Source: Octopus vulgaris (lineage: Eukaryota). Taken from it: 64,000 nucleotides of DNA. This document shows positions 42,846-57,148 of this stretch, one piece after another. The stretch's first letter is position 1. The number at the start of each line of letters is the position of its first letter. The notes beneath the pieces are model-generated. The model searched no databases. It saw only the letters and a list, made by a program, of their open reading frames with translations, and had not been told where the DNA came from. The translations under genes and the position numbers were made by a program. The stretch is taken from positions 8,308,001 to 8,372,000 of the forward strand of contig OX597826.1 of NCBI GenBank assembly GCA_951406725.2. Direction: 5' to 3'.

Positions 42846-42906
42846 CACACACACACACACACACACGCACACACACACACACACACTCACACACACATAT
42901 ACACAG

Positions 42907-43490
42907 CTATGGTCACCCACCAGTGTGAAATTAACAGGGGACCTTGAAGCAATCCAGAGAAGATTCATAAAGAAGATTGTCTCTTTGCAACAGCTCAGTT
43001 ACTGGGAAAAGTTGAAACAGTTATGACTCTACTCCCTGGAGAGAAGACGGGAGAGGTATGCAGGAATATATATCTGGAAGATCCTGGAAGGAATTGTGCC
43101 AAATTTCGGCATTGAAAGCTACACCAATGCCAGAACGGGACGACACTGCATAGTACCAAAGATCCCACCAGTGCCATCACGCTTCAGGAACAGTTACTGC
43201 AAAAGCCTGGGTTTCAAGGGCCCAGAGCTTTTTAATATTGCCCCAAAGAGTCTGAGGAACTTACTCATAGTAGATGCAGAGGTTTTTTTTAAATGAAAGC
43301 TGGACCTCTTCCTGTCGAGGGTTCCAGATGAATCTATCTCACGGCAAGAGGTTCAAATGAGGGTAGCTCTATCAAACTCCATGCTTCACCAAGTGCCATA
43401 TATTAGAGAAGGTTCTAAGTAATAACAGTGTAGCAAAACGGCGGTGCACCAGCATGGCCACAGCTCCGAGCTGAAACTAGAGAAAAAGAA
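42907..43490 (+). mobile_element. CR1/L2-group LINE 3' remnant
   Basis: WSPTSVKLTGDLEAIQRRFIKKI...SYWEKLKQL*LYSLERRRERY..IYIWKILEG. The 3' end is shared with SINE A. Confidence 0.85.
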
Positions 43491-43624
43491 AATACATATA
43501 CATATATATACATCCACACACACATATACATACATTTATTCGGCTAGCAGACCGCTTGAGGGCTTTTTCCTGATAGCCACGTGATTCTATGATCCTCTCA
43601 ATCTATATATTACACTACAAATAT

Positions 43625-44275
43625 AAAATATTGCTGGATGGATCCTCCGAACATTCAGAACAAGAGACAATGAGACACTGATGGAGGGCATACTCCCTCA
43701 GCCACTTGGACTACTGCTCCCATCTTTGGTCACCACACAATATAAAATTAATGGCGGAACTCGAAGCAATCCATCGATGCTACACAATGCAACGTATCAG
43801 CTACTGGAAAAGAGTTAAAACTCTTCTCCTTAGAACGAAGGCGGGAAAGATATGCAGTGATATACACCTGGAAAATTCTGGAAGGCCTTGTAACAAACTT
43901 TGGCATTGAAAGTTACACAAACAGCAGAATGGGGCGCCACTGTATAGTGGCCAGGTTCCCAGCATCATCTTTGAAATACAGGAACAGACACTGCAACAGC
44001 TTTGGTTTCAAGCGCCTACAGCTCTTCAATATCTTTCCAAGATGCCTGAGAGAATTGCATGGTGTAGGTGTAGGTGTCGTTAAAACAAAACTAGGTCTCC
44101 TCCTGTGAAGGGTTCCAGATGAGCCTACCACGAGGCAGACAACACAGATGAGAGTAGCTGCATCAAACTCCCTCATTCACCAAATGCCACATATCAGAGG
44201 TGTATTGAAATAACAGTGTTGTACAGCCAACGGGGGTGCCTCCAGTACGACCGCAGCTTTGAACCTGAAACAATT
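43625..44275 (+). mobile_element. Second diverged CR1/L2-group LINE remnant in tandem
   Basis: GWILRTF, LDYCSHLWSPH, IYTWKILEGLVTNFGIESY. Frameshifted. Confidence 0.85.
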
Positions 44276-44824
44276 TAAAGATTCAAAGATTTTAAAGATT
44301 TATAGATATCATTCTTTCCACTCTTCTTTCTTTCGTTCCCCTTCTCTCACATTTCTTGGCTTTCTCTTCAGTCTCACCTTTCCCCCTCTTTCATTTCACT
44401 CTCTCCCTTTTTTCTCGCCCCTCTCTAATTATTCTGTCCCTCTGCCTCTACCTCTCTTCTCTCTCCCCACGTGACCGGTGTTCAGCCAAGCCTGACCTTC
44501 TTTCTTGGTTCGATTACCATCCGTGCAACATCTATTTTCCTCCCCATGCCTGTCATCTTTTATGTCCCTGCCGTAAGATGATGAAGATGATGTATATAGG
44601 TATGTGTGTTCATATATTTACGTATATATGTGTGTGTGTATTCTTTATCTGTGGTTTAACCAGGCTACCATTAGTTTCATGCTGATATAAATCTCAGCAG
44701 TTATCAAGCCTGTCACATGGAACAGGCGGTTACCTTCTATTTGAGGCACGTTTGTTCATTTAACTCTCCATTTTCCCTCCTCGTCTTTATGTTTTATTTA
44801 TTTTTTTCTAATACACACACACTC

Positions 44825-44978
44825 ACAAATATTTTTCTTTTTTTCCCCTGAATTCTTTCTGCCGAAGAGCGTAGGCTTGAAACGTCAAAGATTTTTCCAT
44901 TCTTGCCAAGTTTTAAACAAATACAGATGCTTGTTGTTCCTACACCTGTCATAGCGTTATGTTTTCTGTAAATTTGAA

Positions 44979-44985
<7 letters not shown>
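44825..44985 (+). mobile_element. Family H1 copy with mutated hammerhead (44854-44891)
   Basis: TCTTT-CTGCCGA-A-GAGC(GTAG)GCTT-GAAA-CGTC-AAAGA. Confidence 0.65.
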
Positions 44986-45020
<35 letters not shown>

Positions 45021-45025
<5 letters not shown>

Positions 45026-45215
45026 TAAAAAACGGTAAGATAACAAAAGAAAGAAAGAGACCTCAATATTATATAAATAGAGGAAATTTATCAATAAAAT
45101 AATGTTACATTACTCAATAGTCAGATGCCGAAGTGGAAGTTGTGGATTTCCACTTCGGCATCTGAAACTCAGAGTTTTATCTTGACTATTGAGTAATGTA
45201 ACATATTATTTTAGA
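45021..45215 (-). mobile_element. Fold-back module, same family as 16081-16366
   Basis: Starts ATTGGTAAAAAACGGTAAGATA..AAAAGAAAGAAAGAGACCTCAATATTAT. Inverted arms surround ~45140. Confidence 0.7.
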
Positions 45216-46414
45216 TATATATATATATCCACATGTGTATATGATATATATAATATATATTTAAGTATATGAATGTTTGTATTTTGTCAGTATACGTATG
45301 TGCGTTATAAATAGAGAAATGCTACAAATTCATTATAAATTATATTCATTACGGAACAGAAGAGACAAGGCTTAGATAAGGTAATGCATCTTCGAAAAAT
45401 AGATCGACCACGTACCAAAAGAGCGCCAAAGTCGAAAATAGTACACGATACCAACGGTCAGAAGAAAACATAAAACAGAGCATGAAACTAAAATTTCATT
45501 GCATAACTGAAATAGTTTATTCCATGTTAGTATAGGACAAGCTTAGACAAAAGTGAAGCGTCAAAATAAGTTACTAATCCCGATCAAAAACTGAAAAACA
45601 GGTGGTTATGATTACTACATCGGATCACAGTTGCCGTATGAAACTATTTCATAAGCCTAATCGACCAAATGTGAAACAATATATAAAGGCTAATAGCGGC
45701 ACACTTCGAATCAACTAGAATATGATTTTAAACAGTTCAATGTCCTAAATGTTTGTCTCTCTTTCAACTAATATTAAGTTCTGTACATTGATTCTCCAAC
45801 GAAATTACACGTGTGGGAATTATTTTAATGATATTCTCATTATTTCACACACCACATGTACGGTCACATCGTTCTCTGAACGTAACGTCTAAACTCTAAC
45901 AACATGCACACACGTTTGTTTATCTATTTCAATCAACGAATCGACCTTCCTTGCATATATATATATATATATTCACTGACCACCACCACCACTATCACCC
46001 TAATAATAATAACAATAATAATCATAACCATCAGCATCACCTGGAGGGAGGCAATTTTCACCTAAACCACTCCTTATCGCTAATTTTCAATTACTTCTCT
46101 CTTGCCCCAAATAAAACAAATTACATTCCATCATAATATTTACACCGCTGTGATAACGGTGAATCCCAGGAGGATTTTCGTTCCTTAAAGGAGAAGTTAT
46201 ATCAACAACGAAATAATCTGAAAATGAATAATTGCTTCTATTAAATCGATTAGTAATATTATTTTATTTATATTCGACGGCGGTAAATATTAATAGGAAA
46301 TACAGAAGCAGCAGCAAACGAGCAAAGTCGATAGAATATCGGAAGAGACGAATGAGTTGAACGTTTTGTCTTCTTCTGACGGCGATCTGCTGGGGGTTTT
46401 TTTGTGCATTTTTT

Positions 46415-46657
46415 TTATTTGTTTGACACATTGGATTGTGGTCATGCTGGGGCAAAGCTTCAAATGGTTTCACATCGAATGAAATGGGCCCTAGTACTTA
46501 TGTTTTTTAAGTCTGATGTTTATCCTACTGTGGGTTTTTTGCCGAACCTCTAAGTTACGATGATGTAAACACACACACAAATACACACAAACACACAAAC
46601 ACACAAATACACAGACCCACGCGCGAGCGCATACACACAAGCACACAAATACACACG

Positions 46658-46699
<42 letters not shown>

Positions 46700-47090
46700 C
46701 GCAGGCTTGGCTGTCTGGTAAGAAGTTTGCTCTCTGACCACATGATTCCGGGTTCAGTCCCACTGCGTGGTACCTTGTGCAAGTGCCTTCTACTATAGCC
46801 TCAGTCCGACCAGAACCTTGTTAGTGGATTTGGTAGACGGAAACTAAAAGAAGCCCGTTGGGGTTGTATATATATATGCATGTGTATTTATGTGTGTATG
46901 TGTCTATGTTTATCCCCACCCCAACATAGCTTGCCAACCGATGTTGGCGTGTTTATGTCCCCGTAACTTAGCGTTTAGGCAAAAGACGGCAATAGAATAA
47001 GTACTAGGCGTACAAAGAATAAGTCCTGGGATCGATATGTTCGACTAAAACCCTTTAAGGCGGTGCTCCAGCATCGTATAAAAAGAATAA
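46415..47090. mobile_element. SINE family A: minus 3' half (46415-46570) and plus copy (46700-47090)
   Basis: Matching head, CORE-like and tail motifs. Confidence 0.75.
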
Positions 47091-47244
47091 ATGAATATGT
47101 AACGAGTTACATGTCCGGATTATAGTTGAAGAAACTTGCCGAAGATGACCTGCAATGGGATTGAACACAAAACCACGTGTTCGTCAAGCAAAACTATGAA
47201 CAGTCACACAAGTATTGACACATATTACTTTATAGTTTATGAAC

Positions 47245-47460
47245 GCGGCGTGTTGGCAAGAAAGTTATCCCATCTGAAAAATTCTAGGCGAAATTTCTTC
47301 CGGCTCGTTACACTCTTGAGTTCAAATCCCACCGAAGCTGGCTTTCATTTTATGCTCTGTGGGGTTGATAAATAATGTACCAGTTGAGCACTGGAGTTGA
47401 TACTATCAACTTTCCTCTCCCATCAAAATTGCTGGCCCTGTGCCAAACTTTGAAGCCATT
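47245..47460 (+). mobile_element. SINE family B (old)
   Basis: GAGTTCAAATCCCACCGA...GTACCAGTTGAGCACTGG...AAAATTGCTGGCCCTGTGCC. Confidence 0.65.
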
Positions 47461-48269
47461 ATTTTGTAGTTTAGTGAGAGACAAAACAGCACCATTGTCT
47501 TTTATATAAGCGCCTTGGCCTCCAGTATTGGTTGGATGTACCTACCTTTAATCGACTAAACATCCCTGAAATCTGTGACTTTGTTTCTGTACTAGGACGT
47601 ATTATTTTTATTACGTCACATACTAAATGCTCACGCATAACTCCAAAAGGAGTTCAAAAAGCGAATAGTTTCAAAAATAAAAATTTGGAAAATCTAAACC
47701 TATAAAATAGAACTTGCAGTATAAAAATCCCGGTAATCACTAATAAATAAAACGATGTGGTGCTCGACTATTCTGTCTCTAAATTTGCCAAACGTGTTTA
47801 AAACAATTTTTTATTCATCAAGTCCATTCCAAAGAAAACAAATTATTAAATAACTTCAGCCGTACATAATAGAGGAATGAGTCGTTAGTGTGTGTCATTG
47901 ATATAAAATTCTGGTAGATATTGCCTAAAGGTAAACAGGATATGTCCAGTTAACCTGTCCTAGATGGCCAATGTCGTAATATGGTAAAAACACACTGTGT
48001 GTCTGAGGGATACTAAGGACTGTGCCGGCAGCTAGCGAGGTCATCACAGTCATTTTCACCCTTGTTTGACCTTGGTATTAACCTCTGATATAAGAAACGA
48101 TGGAAAGATTAAAGAGGTTAATTAAATAATTCAGGATAAATAACTGTAGCTGTATTATCTCTAAAGAGTATTTTATGTATCAAACTTAATGTATATGTGT
48201 CATTGACCGGCAAGACCCTGCAGGAATCGCGCGAGATAAAGTCCTTGTGTGTGTGTGTGTATATATCAC

Positions 48270-48520
48270 GTGACCGACCAGACCATCAGATGTTGTTAAA
48301 CATCGCTGGTCACAATGCGTTCGCATTGTTTTAGCCTTCGAATGACGCCACCCCGCTGGCTAAGCGAGCAGGCCAACAGAAGAAAGAGTGGGAGAAAGTG
48401 TAGTGAAAGAGTACAGCAGGGAGCTTTTTAGGTGTTTTCGCTCAATAAACACTTACAACGAAACCGCGATCCTACGACCGCGAGTCCGCTGCCCTAACCA
48501 CTGGGCCATTGCGCCTCCAC
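48270..48520 (-). mobile_element. SINE family C variant
   Basis: tRNA-like head GGAGGCGCAATGGCCCAGTGGTTAGGGCAGCGGACTCGCG on the minus strand. Confidence 0.75.
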
Positions 48521-48536
48521 GTATATATATGTACGT

Positions 48537-48623
<87 letters not shown>

Positions 48624-48871
48624 ATTATATAGGGTGGTGAATATTTTTAGAAATTTCACCACTAGTGGCCTAGCATGTATGAAAAGTAAATAGACAACAA
48701 ATTCAATATAGAATAGTATACATTTAAACACAAGAGAAAGCTACATCTTACAGGTAATTTTTACATGCTAGAAGAAGCAGTCAAAACGACCAAAACCACA
48801 TTTTAAGAGCAATTTTCGAAGGGAATGAAAAATAAAAACTTTTACCTTGCATATATATATATCTATATGTA

Positions 48872-48936
<65 letters not shown>

Positions 48937-50145
48937 GCATAATTATAAATGGCACTCCATCCAAGACCACGTCATCGTTTTAGGAATATGTTTAACACCA
49001 TATTACCTAAGCTGTCTTTCATTTTCCAATGCGCTATGATTTGGAGGAGATGTTCCTATTATTTTTAACAGGACGAATGAATACCCGAGAGGCTTGCTAT
49101 GTCTCCAAGGAATAGAGTGTATGTAAAATTTAGTGAATATAGAAATGCTGTAGTCCCTCGTGATTGCAAACTTTGCAACATTCCACCATATTGGAAAATC
49201 CGAAGGAAGCAACAGAGGCGTCTGCATGGTGTAGAAGCATATATGAATCAGAATACCAGGCACTTGTGTTTAAAATTAGGTTACATACGTTGGAAGCAAC
49301 CAGAAAAACCACTGTGCTTCTTCCTTTTTATATCTGCATTTAAACTAAACTCTCTCGATGCAAATATCAGAGGAAGATTACCTAAAATACAATTTATCTC
49401 TGCTATTTCTCGAACATTCTTTTTTTCCATATATTTCTGATGTGGATTTATATATTTTTTCTTGCCATCGTTTCCGAGTTCTTCGGATATGTTGTTGTTG
49501 TTTTTTTTTTTCGAGTTCTTGGGTTTGTTTTTCTTTTTTTACCTAAGCAAATATCGGATTAACAACGGATAAAAACATCACTTAATTTAGTAATCCCAAC
49601 TTAAGTCTTCGGAACAAAACGTTATCGACATCGTGGCAGCATCTAGGTGAAGTTACTTCAGGGAGTCAATATAGTTAATAAAAAGTCATAGAAATTGAAA
49701 TAAAATGCAACAGTAACAGCTATAAAAAAGGAAATAACAACAATAAAAAGAAAATAACAGCAATAAAAAATATATATAACAATGATAGCAAGCAACACCA
49801 ACTGGAAACAATGAAAACTAGAGTAATAACAGAAACCACATTAACAACTGGACAAAGAAATGAATCACGGATCCATCTCCCCACTTCACTAAGTACACTT
49901 TTTACTCTTTCAGTCCATTTTACCAGACAAGCGGTCTATTAAAAAGAAAACAATAAATAAAGCCTAAAACTAAGAGACCAATTTCTTTACACGCCGCCCA
50001 ACCTTATCATTTCCAACTCATTCCATTATGCAAATTAGCACACATTCAAAAGGTAATATTGACTCTAATCGAACAGAATTTCAGCAACTCCATACATACA
50101 GACAGACATACAGACAGACATTACATACATACATACATACGTACA

Positions 50146-50176
<31 letters not shown>

Positions 50177-50419
50177 CATACATACATACATACATACATA
50201 CATACATACATACATACGTAGATACATACATACATACATACATACATTACATACTTACACTACATATATATATATATACATTAATATATGAAGACAAGAA
50301 TATACATACATATGTATTCTATCTATGTATATATATATACATATATGCATATATATAAGTATATAATATGTGTGTATATTTATTCATATATATGCGTGTG
50401 TGTATACACATATATAAAT

Positions 50420-50453
<34 letters not shown>

Positions 50454-50845
50454 ACACATGTGTGTGTGCGTGTGTGTCTGTGTGTGTGCATGGTACATGT
50501 ATGCAAATAAAAAAAAGGGCAGAAAAAATCGGTAAAGCATGAATCCCTCACATTCTGGTGACGTATTTACCAACGTAGAAAGGAATAGTTAGTTTATGTT
50601 GTAAAAACCTAAGCTAATACAACACGAAATGAGTGTATCTCAAAAAATAAATAAAAGTAGAATTCATTAAAAAAATGTCTGTCCCATGGCTACATGATAT
50701 AACATAGATAAATGACATTTACAGTGACGTAGTTGTCATGTGCTTAAATCCATCCCACTTCCTTCTACACCCTGCACGCTCATACACACACATTTATGTA
50801 TGTATATTCATGATATATGTTCATATATATACATACATATATACA

Positions 50846-50898
<53 letters not shown>

Positions 50899-50943
50899 AG
50901 ATATATGTGTGCGTGTACATGTATATATATTTGTGTGTATATG

Positions 50944-50977
<34 letters not shown>

Positions 50978-51053
50978 TAGAGAGAGACAGACATTTGTGT
51001 ATGTGTGTGAAACTGTAATATATATATTCATATATTCATATGTACGCGTGTGT

Positions 51054-51085
<32 letters not shown>

Positions 51086-51321
51086 TTGTGTCACTTTGTA
51101 GTTGTGCGTTCACGTATGGAATGAATAAATGTAAGATGTATGTATGCTTATGTCTTATGTGCAAACATAACGTGCTCCACTACATCTCACATATCACATA
51201 ATTAGCGGCGTGACCATCATTGTTGAAGACCCCCTGGATCTACCCGGATTTTTTAATAAAAGCCGGGGCTTAGTTTAAGGGTCAGTCTTTCGCGTGGACA
51301 TATACCACTCTATGTTTGCCT

Positions 51322-51731
51322 AGGTGTGGCTGTGTGGTAAGTAGCTTGCTTACGAACCACATGGTTCCGGGTTCACTCCCACTGCGTGGCACCTTGGGCA
51401 AGTGTCTTCTACTATAGCCTCGGGCCGACCAAAGCCGTGTGAGTGGATTTGGTAGACATAAACTGAAAGAAGCCCGTCGTATATATGTATATAATTTATA
51501 TATGTATGTGTGTGTGCATATGTTTGTGTGTCTGTTTTTGTCCCCCAACATCGCTTGACAACCGATGCTGGTGTGTTTACGTCCCCGTAACATAGCGGTT
51601 CGGCAAAATAGACTGATAGAATAAGTACTAGGCTTCTAAAGAATATGTCCTGGGGTCGAGTTGCTCAACTAAAGGCAGTGCTCCAGCATGGCCAGAGTCA
51701 AATGACTGAAACAAGTAAAAGAGTAAAAGAG
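51322..51731 (+). mobile_element. SINE family A
   Basis: Near full length. Confidence 0.88.
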
Positions 51732-52374
51732 GGTATACATATGCATGTGTTTTTTTGCACACTCTATATATATATATGTAACCATGGGCAGATAGACAGA
51801 ATGAGAGAGAACAAGAATGAGAGAGGGAGCGAAAGAGAGAGAAGTAGATAGAGAGTGATAAATGTAAATACTAAACTATGGCAAAGTGACAAAAAAGTTA
51901 TGTAGAGACATACATTGCTAAGAGACTTTGCAAGTTTATCATTTGTTCAAGTGCCTACCTGAAGAAATCATAGATATAAAATGGACCTCTACTGAATCGT
52001 TAACAAAAGAACATTGGTGAAACTCCTAACGACGATATAGGACCAGCCAACCATTCAGGATATCGCCAAGGAAGATCAGCTGCTAGAAACTTAACCATAG
52101 ACCAACTTCCAGTCATAAAGCGACAAAACTGGAAGAAAATGCATCAAGAACATGCTCCAGCGTGGCCGCCGCCCTAATGCTTTAATTCCCTAAACGAATA
52201 ATAAGAATAAAGAATAACAAGCTTTGCTTGAATAAAAACCGAATAAATAAGTAGATCTCATCGGTTCACCATTATTGAAAATAGGTTTGCCAAAATAGAG
52301 GAACGAAAACAGGACAGTTTATAACGAAAGAAAAGAATGAATGAAATATTTTATGTGTAAATATAAATATTGTG

Positions 52375-52668
52375 TGTTGTTCCTTCTCGAACCATGCCTG
52401 GCTCATAAGGTCGATTTCCCGCTTTTCTTGGCGTATAGGCTCCCCACCTGGATGGGACGCCGGTCCGTCGCAGGTAAGCTACAAGAGGAAAGAGTGAGAG
52501 AAAGTTGTGGCGAAAGAGTCAGCAGAAGTTTCGCCATTACCTTCTGCCGGAGCCGTGTGGAGCTTAGGTGTTTCACTCATAAACACATACACCGCGCGGT
52601 CTGAAATTCGAACCCGCGATCCCTCGACCGCCTGTCCGCTGCTCTAACCACTAGGCCATATGCCTCTA
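52375..52668 (-). mobile_element. SINE family C
   Basis: Reverse homolog of 57613-57910. Confidence 0.8.
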
Positions 52669-53025
52669 AGTATAAATATTAAGATACTATAAACTTCAAT
52701 TTCCCCCAAATCATTACAAATACGATTGCGCAAAGACATCAATCTGTGCAAAGAAATTTATTCCAAATTTTCTTATTTCTCTCAAACCCAGACAAATTTC
52801 AATATTTTTCTAAATATTCGAGGTTTTCGGTCTGTTGGCAGATATTCGAAAAGGAAATATTGTGAATCATGTCTGTTAAGAAACCAGTTTTACAGACTCA
52901 CTATAAAGCATTACTTTCTTTTTCACAAAGCCAAAATTTACTGTGCAAATTTGAGTGTAGTAGTGTTGACGGTTTGGTCATTCGAATTTGGACACCGGCC
53001 TATTTGCTTTATTTTATATACCAAA

Positions 53026-53417
53026 CTAGCAGTATCGCCCGGCGTTGCTCAGGTTTGTAAGGGAAATAACTATATAAGCATTTTTAGAGAGTTATAGCCA
53101 AAAAATAGCCCCAAAATGCATTAAAAATGGGAAAAAAATTATGGTAATTTTTTTTAAAAATCGTTGACTCATCATAGACGAGTAACTTCCCATATATAAT
53201 AGCGAAAAAAATGCATTAAAATGGAAAAAAATGATGGTAATTTGTTTTTTAATCGTAGACTCATCGTAGACGCGTGCTAATACCCAGTAGGGCTCGATAT
53301 GAATCACGACTATAAGATACCCGGTTTTGGTTAAACTGCACCGCAAAATGTGGGAGTAGTTACGAATCTAAATCGTAGGAGACAGACAACACACAACCTC
53401 TCTTTTATATATAAAGA
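53026..53417 (-). mobile_element. Non-autonomous Helitron
   Basis: On the minus strand: A|TCTTTATATATAAAAG...CCTGAGCAACGCCGGGCGATACTGCTAG|T, with an internal 2-copy tandem repeat. The 3' end resembles 11540-11969. Confidence 0.85.
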
Positions 53418-53834
53418 TATAGTTAGGGAAACTTGCAGAATATTTTTCTATATTCTTGAATGTATAGATAGGTTTATTGTCTGTATGGGGATCTGTATGG
53501 GGATCAAACTTTCTTCAAAACCAACCCGTCGGAGATTATACCAATTCCGGTGCTTTAGCATATTAAGAGTTTATTCAGATTATACAATTTCCTCTACGAA
53601 AATTCTCCCCAGCCAACAAATTTTAGCAGCTCATTCTCCACCTTCATTTATCGTGAAATATAGGAATATATAAAAGCCTAAAATTACAAAACAATAAACA
53701 GTAAAATTATAAAGTTTCATATGAAGTTAATAGCATATAATCATATTATTTGAAAATTACACGTGAAACTACTGAGAATTATTATATGTAGACTAAACTG
53801 AGGAGTATATTTAAATACATTAAATGTTACACAC

Positions 53835-53876
<42 letters not shown>

Positions 53877-54541
53877 AGAGAGAGAGAGAAATAATTGTGA
53901 AGAATACATACATATTTATATATTACATATATACATACATATATATACATAAACACACACACATACACACACATATGTATATATATATATATACATGCAT
54001 GAACAAATAGTTCCGTATACACAAATATGCATATATGCTTAATTACACACATCTATACATTTATACATACATATGTATATGTGCGTGCGTGTGTGTTTGT
54101 CTGTGCGTGCGTTTGTGTGTGCGTGTGTGTGTGTGTGCGTGTGAGTATACACTCATATATATTGTGCTAAAGGGTTTAATCAACGGCGGTACAATCCCAG
54201 CGAGAATTATCATTGGTCTGTTTGAGAAAATATATATTTTCTTTCGAACCTAATCAGTCGTCTTAATTAAACTGAATTTTAATTAATTTTCGTGTTTAAT
54301 TAACACATGAATGCCATATTTCACCTGCGTATAAAAGGTGTTACGTTCACTAAATATACTTACAATATACTTTCAAATTAGGTTCTCGAAAACGGTAGTT
54401 TGTTTATGTGTATGTGTGTGTGTGTTTGAGTGTTTGTATGTTTGTGTTTGTGTGCGTGTTTCAATGCGTATGTGTGTATGTTTGAGTGTTTGTGTGTGTA
54501 TGTGCGTGTGTTTGTTTGTGTGTGTTTGTCTGTTTGCTTGT

Positions 54542-54597
<56 letters not shown>

Positions 54598-55321
54598 GCT
54601 TGTCTGTATGTGATATGAGTGGATAGTTTATTGTGTTAAGGATTTTTTATCCATAGACTAGCCACAAGGGAATAAACATTTCAATCTATGAAAAAACATT
54701 CTTATTCACGATTAAATGAAATTTTTTCGGTAAATTTATTTGTTGTTAAGTTTTGTATAAATTTAGGTATAAGTGCTAAGCGAACTAAAATACATGTGTG
54801 TTGGTATATCCGCGTGTTTGATTATGAGTGCGTGTGGCGGCCATGCATGTTTGTTCAACGTCGTACCGCAAAAGATGACGAGGTATTGGCAGAGGTTCAT
54901 ATCGTTTAGTCGTACAATAAAACGGTCAGTGATAAAAGAGAATGGAAAAAGTTAAACCCAGAGCGCAAATGAACGGATATTTGCCAAAGGTACCCAATTC
55001 CCAGTTGGGTGTTGATCAGGGCGACATATTGATCTTAACCCTAAAGGACAAGAAGAACCATTTCCGATGCCCTTTCACAGCTTCCTGTTACAACAAGATT
55101 CACTTGCAGATATATGATCAACGGGAGGCGACAATACATAAACACTTGCACATGGAGCCGCAGAGTGGAATTGATCTCAGAACCACGAGGCTTGAAGCAA
55201 ACCCTAGCTCTGTCTATGGCGTGAGACTGTTTCAAATACCATTTCGTGTTAAGTCAATTTACCTACATCAATCGAACTGCATCGGGGAGTTTCCTGGCTG
55301 CGCAGCCTCAAGTTTTCTTGA

Positions 55322-55371
55322 AGATGATCTTTCAAGTCTTGATTGATGTAACAAGACTTGAAAGATCATCT
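55322..55371. repeat. Perfect 20-bp hairpin
   Basis: AGATGATCTTTCAAGTCTTG / 10 nt / CAAGACTTGAAAGATCATCT. Confidence 0.9.
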
Positions 55372-55861
55372 GCTGCGTATGCATGTGTATGTATGTATGT
55401 GTGTGTGTGATAGATGTTCGAAGGAAATGTGTGAAGAAGGGTAAATGAGATAGTAGTAAGGATTATTATTTCTTTCTCTCCATCTACGTGAAGATCCCTA
55501 TTCAAAAACCATACCTAATACTATTCCTTTTGCCCACGAAATTCCTTCACATAGCTTTCTATTCGACAGTGTATTTTCCAAACAAAATTCCATTCCAAAT
55601 CTACATCTCAGTTCATCACACACGCACACGCACACACACATACACACACACACATATATATATATAAATCGTGAAGTTCAGCATTTTGTTAGTAATCTGA
55701 TGATTTTGAAGCCAGAATGAGACACGACCAGTCTTGTATATGACATAATCGAAATAAGCAATTATCTGTACTCAAGTGTATGTTATAGAGTACTTTACCT
55801 TAAATTGGATCTTTGAATTTTGAAAAAAGATGTTTTATTCTATATCAATGTGTTTGTGTAA

Positions 55862-55916
<55 letters not shown>

Positions 55917-56108
55917 AAAATTAGGGAAGGGAGCAGATAAAATCTGTGATATAGAATGAAACAGCGAAAAGGGAAAGTGTTTTTTGTGCCACCAGTTGAA
56001 AGTGTATGTTTGTTTATATCGACACCCATACCACGTTACGATACACACACACACACACACAGACACACACACACACACACACACAAGCTAGTCAGCTAGC
56101 TACCTACC

Positions 56109-56182
<74 letters not shown>

Positions 56183-56849
56183 CAGTTAGACGGATAGATA
56201 GATAGATAGATAGATAACATCAAGAGGACATCACACAACGTGTATGAGTCATATATGTTCTGAAGCATATTTCTACCAAAGGAAAACAGTTTCCGTCGAC
56301 AAATCTCCCATGTTTTTAATGTTCCTTTCCCACCTCTTACATCCAGCACAGAACACTGCATGATAAAAGATGAGTGATAGAAAAGAGTGCATAGATGTAT
56401 ACACAGATTCATATATTTGAGACGTTTAGTCTAGAACTTTTATCCTTCCAGTCTATCAACTACAAAAATATAGAGAAGTTATTGGTTTTGTGTTGCTGTT
56501 AGGTAAATCATTTTATATGTTTGTAAATGAATATACCCTAGAAGGGTGGATGGGTCCTCAAAATACTTTAAAGGTATAGCTTCGTATGAATTACATTAAA
56601 TGCGACAATCGAATAAAAATCAAATTCCTCACTGAGAAAAACGTTAGTCATTCGCTTGTAACGGGTTCAAATATTTCGTTAACACAGGTGTTGTTGTAGA
56701 TTGTTATATCACTCTGAGAGACAGCTGTCTCCCGTATTTAGCGGTGGCATTCTATTATTGAATAAGTGGTGACTTATTATGGACTAATTGATCGATTGTT
56801 AATAATGTTATAGCACTTTAAACTCCAAATGTAGAAGAATAAAAACGAT

Positions 56850-57148
56850 CAACGTCGCCCTTTTCAAGACTAGCCAGGCTCATGCGCCCGGTTTCTGTGA
56901 CGTATGTGTTCCCCCAGCTGGACGGGACTCCAGTCCATCGCAGCGTTACTCAAGAAACAGGAAGAGAGAGTGAGAGAAAGTTGTGACGAAAGAGTACAGC
57001 AGGGGTCGCCACCACCCTCTGCCGGAGCCTCGTGGAGTTTTTAGGTGTTTTCGTTCAATAAATACACACAACGCCCGGTTTGGGAATCGAAACCGCGATC
57101 CTCCGACCGCGAGTCTGCTGCCCTAACCACTGGGCCATTGCGCTTCCA
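56850..57148 (-). mobile_element. SINE family C
   Basis: CTGGACGGGACTCCAGTCCATCGCAG...CCCTAACCACTGGGCCATTGCGCTTCC. Confidence 0.8.

Noticed and set aside
49099-49440. 113-aa non-repetitive ORF
   Set aside because: No recognisable motif and no convincing splice signals. An exon cannot be excluded without RNA data.
54942-55346. 134-aa ORF
   Set aside because: It appears to run through decayed repeat sequence and a hairpin, with no domain recognised.
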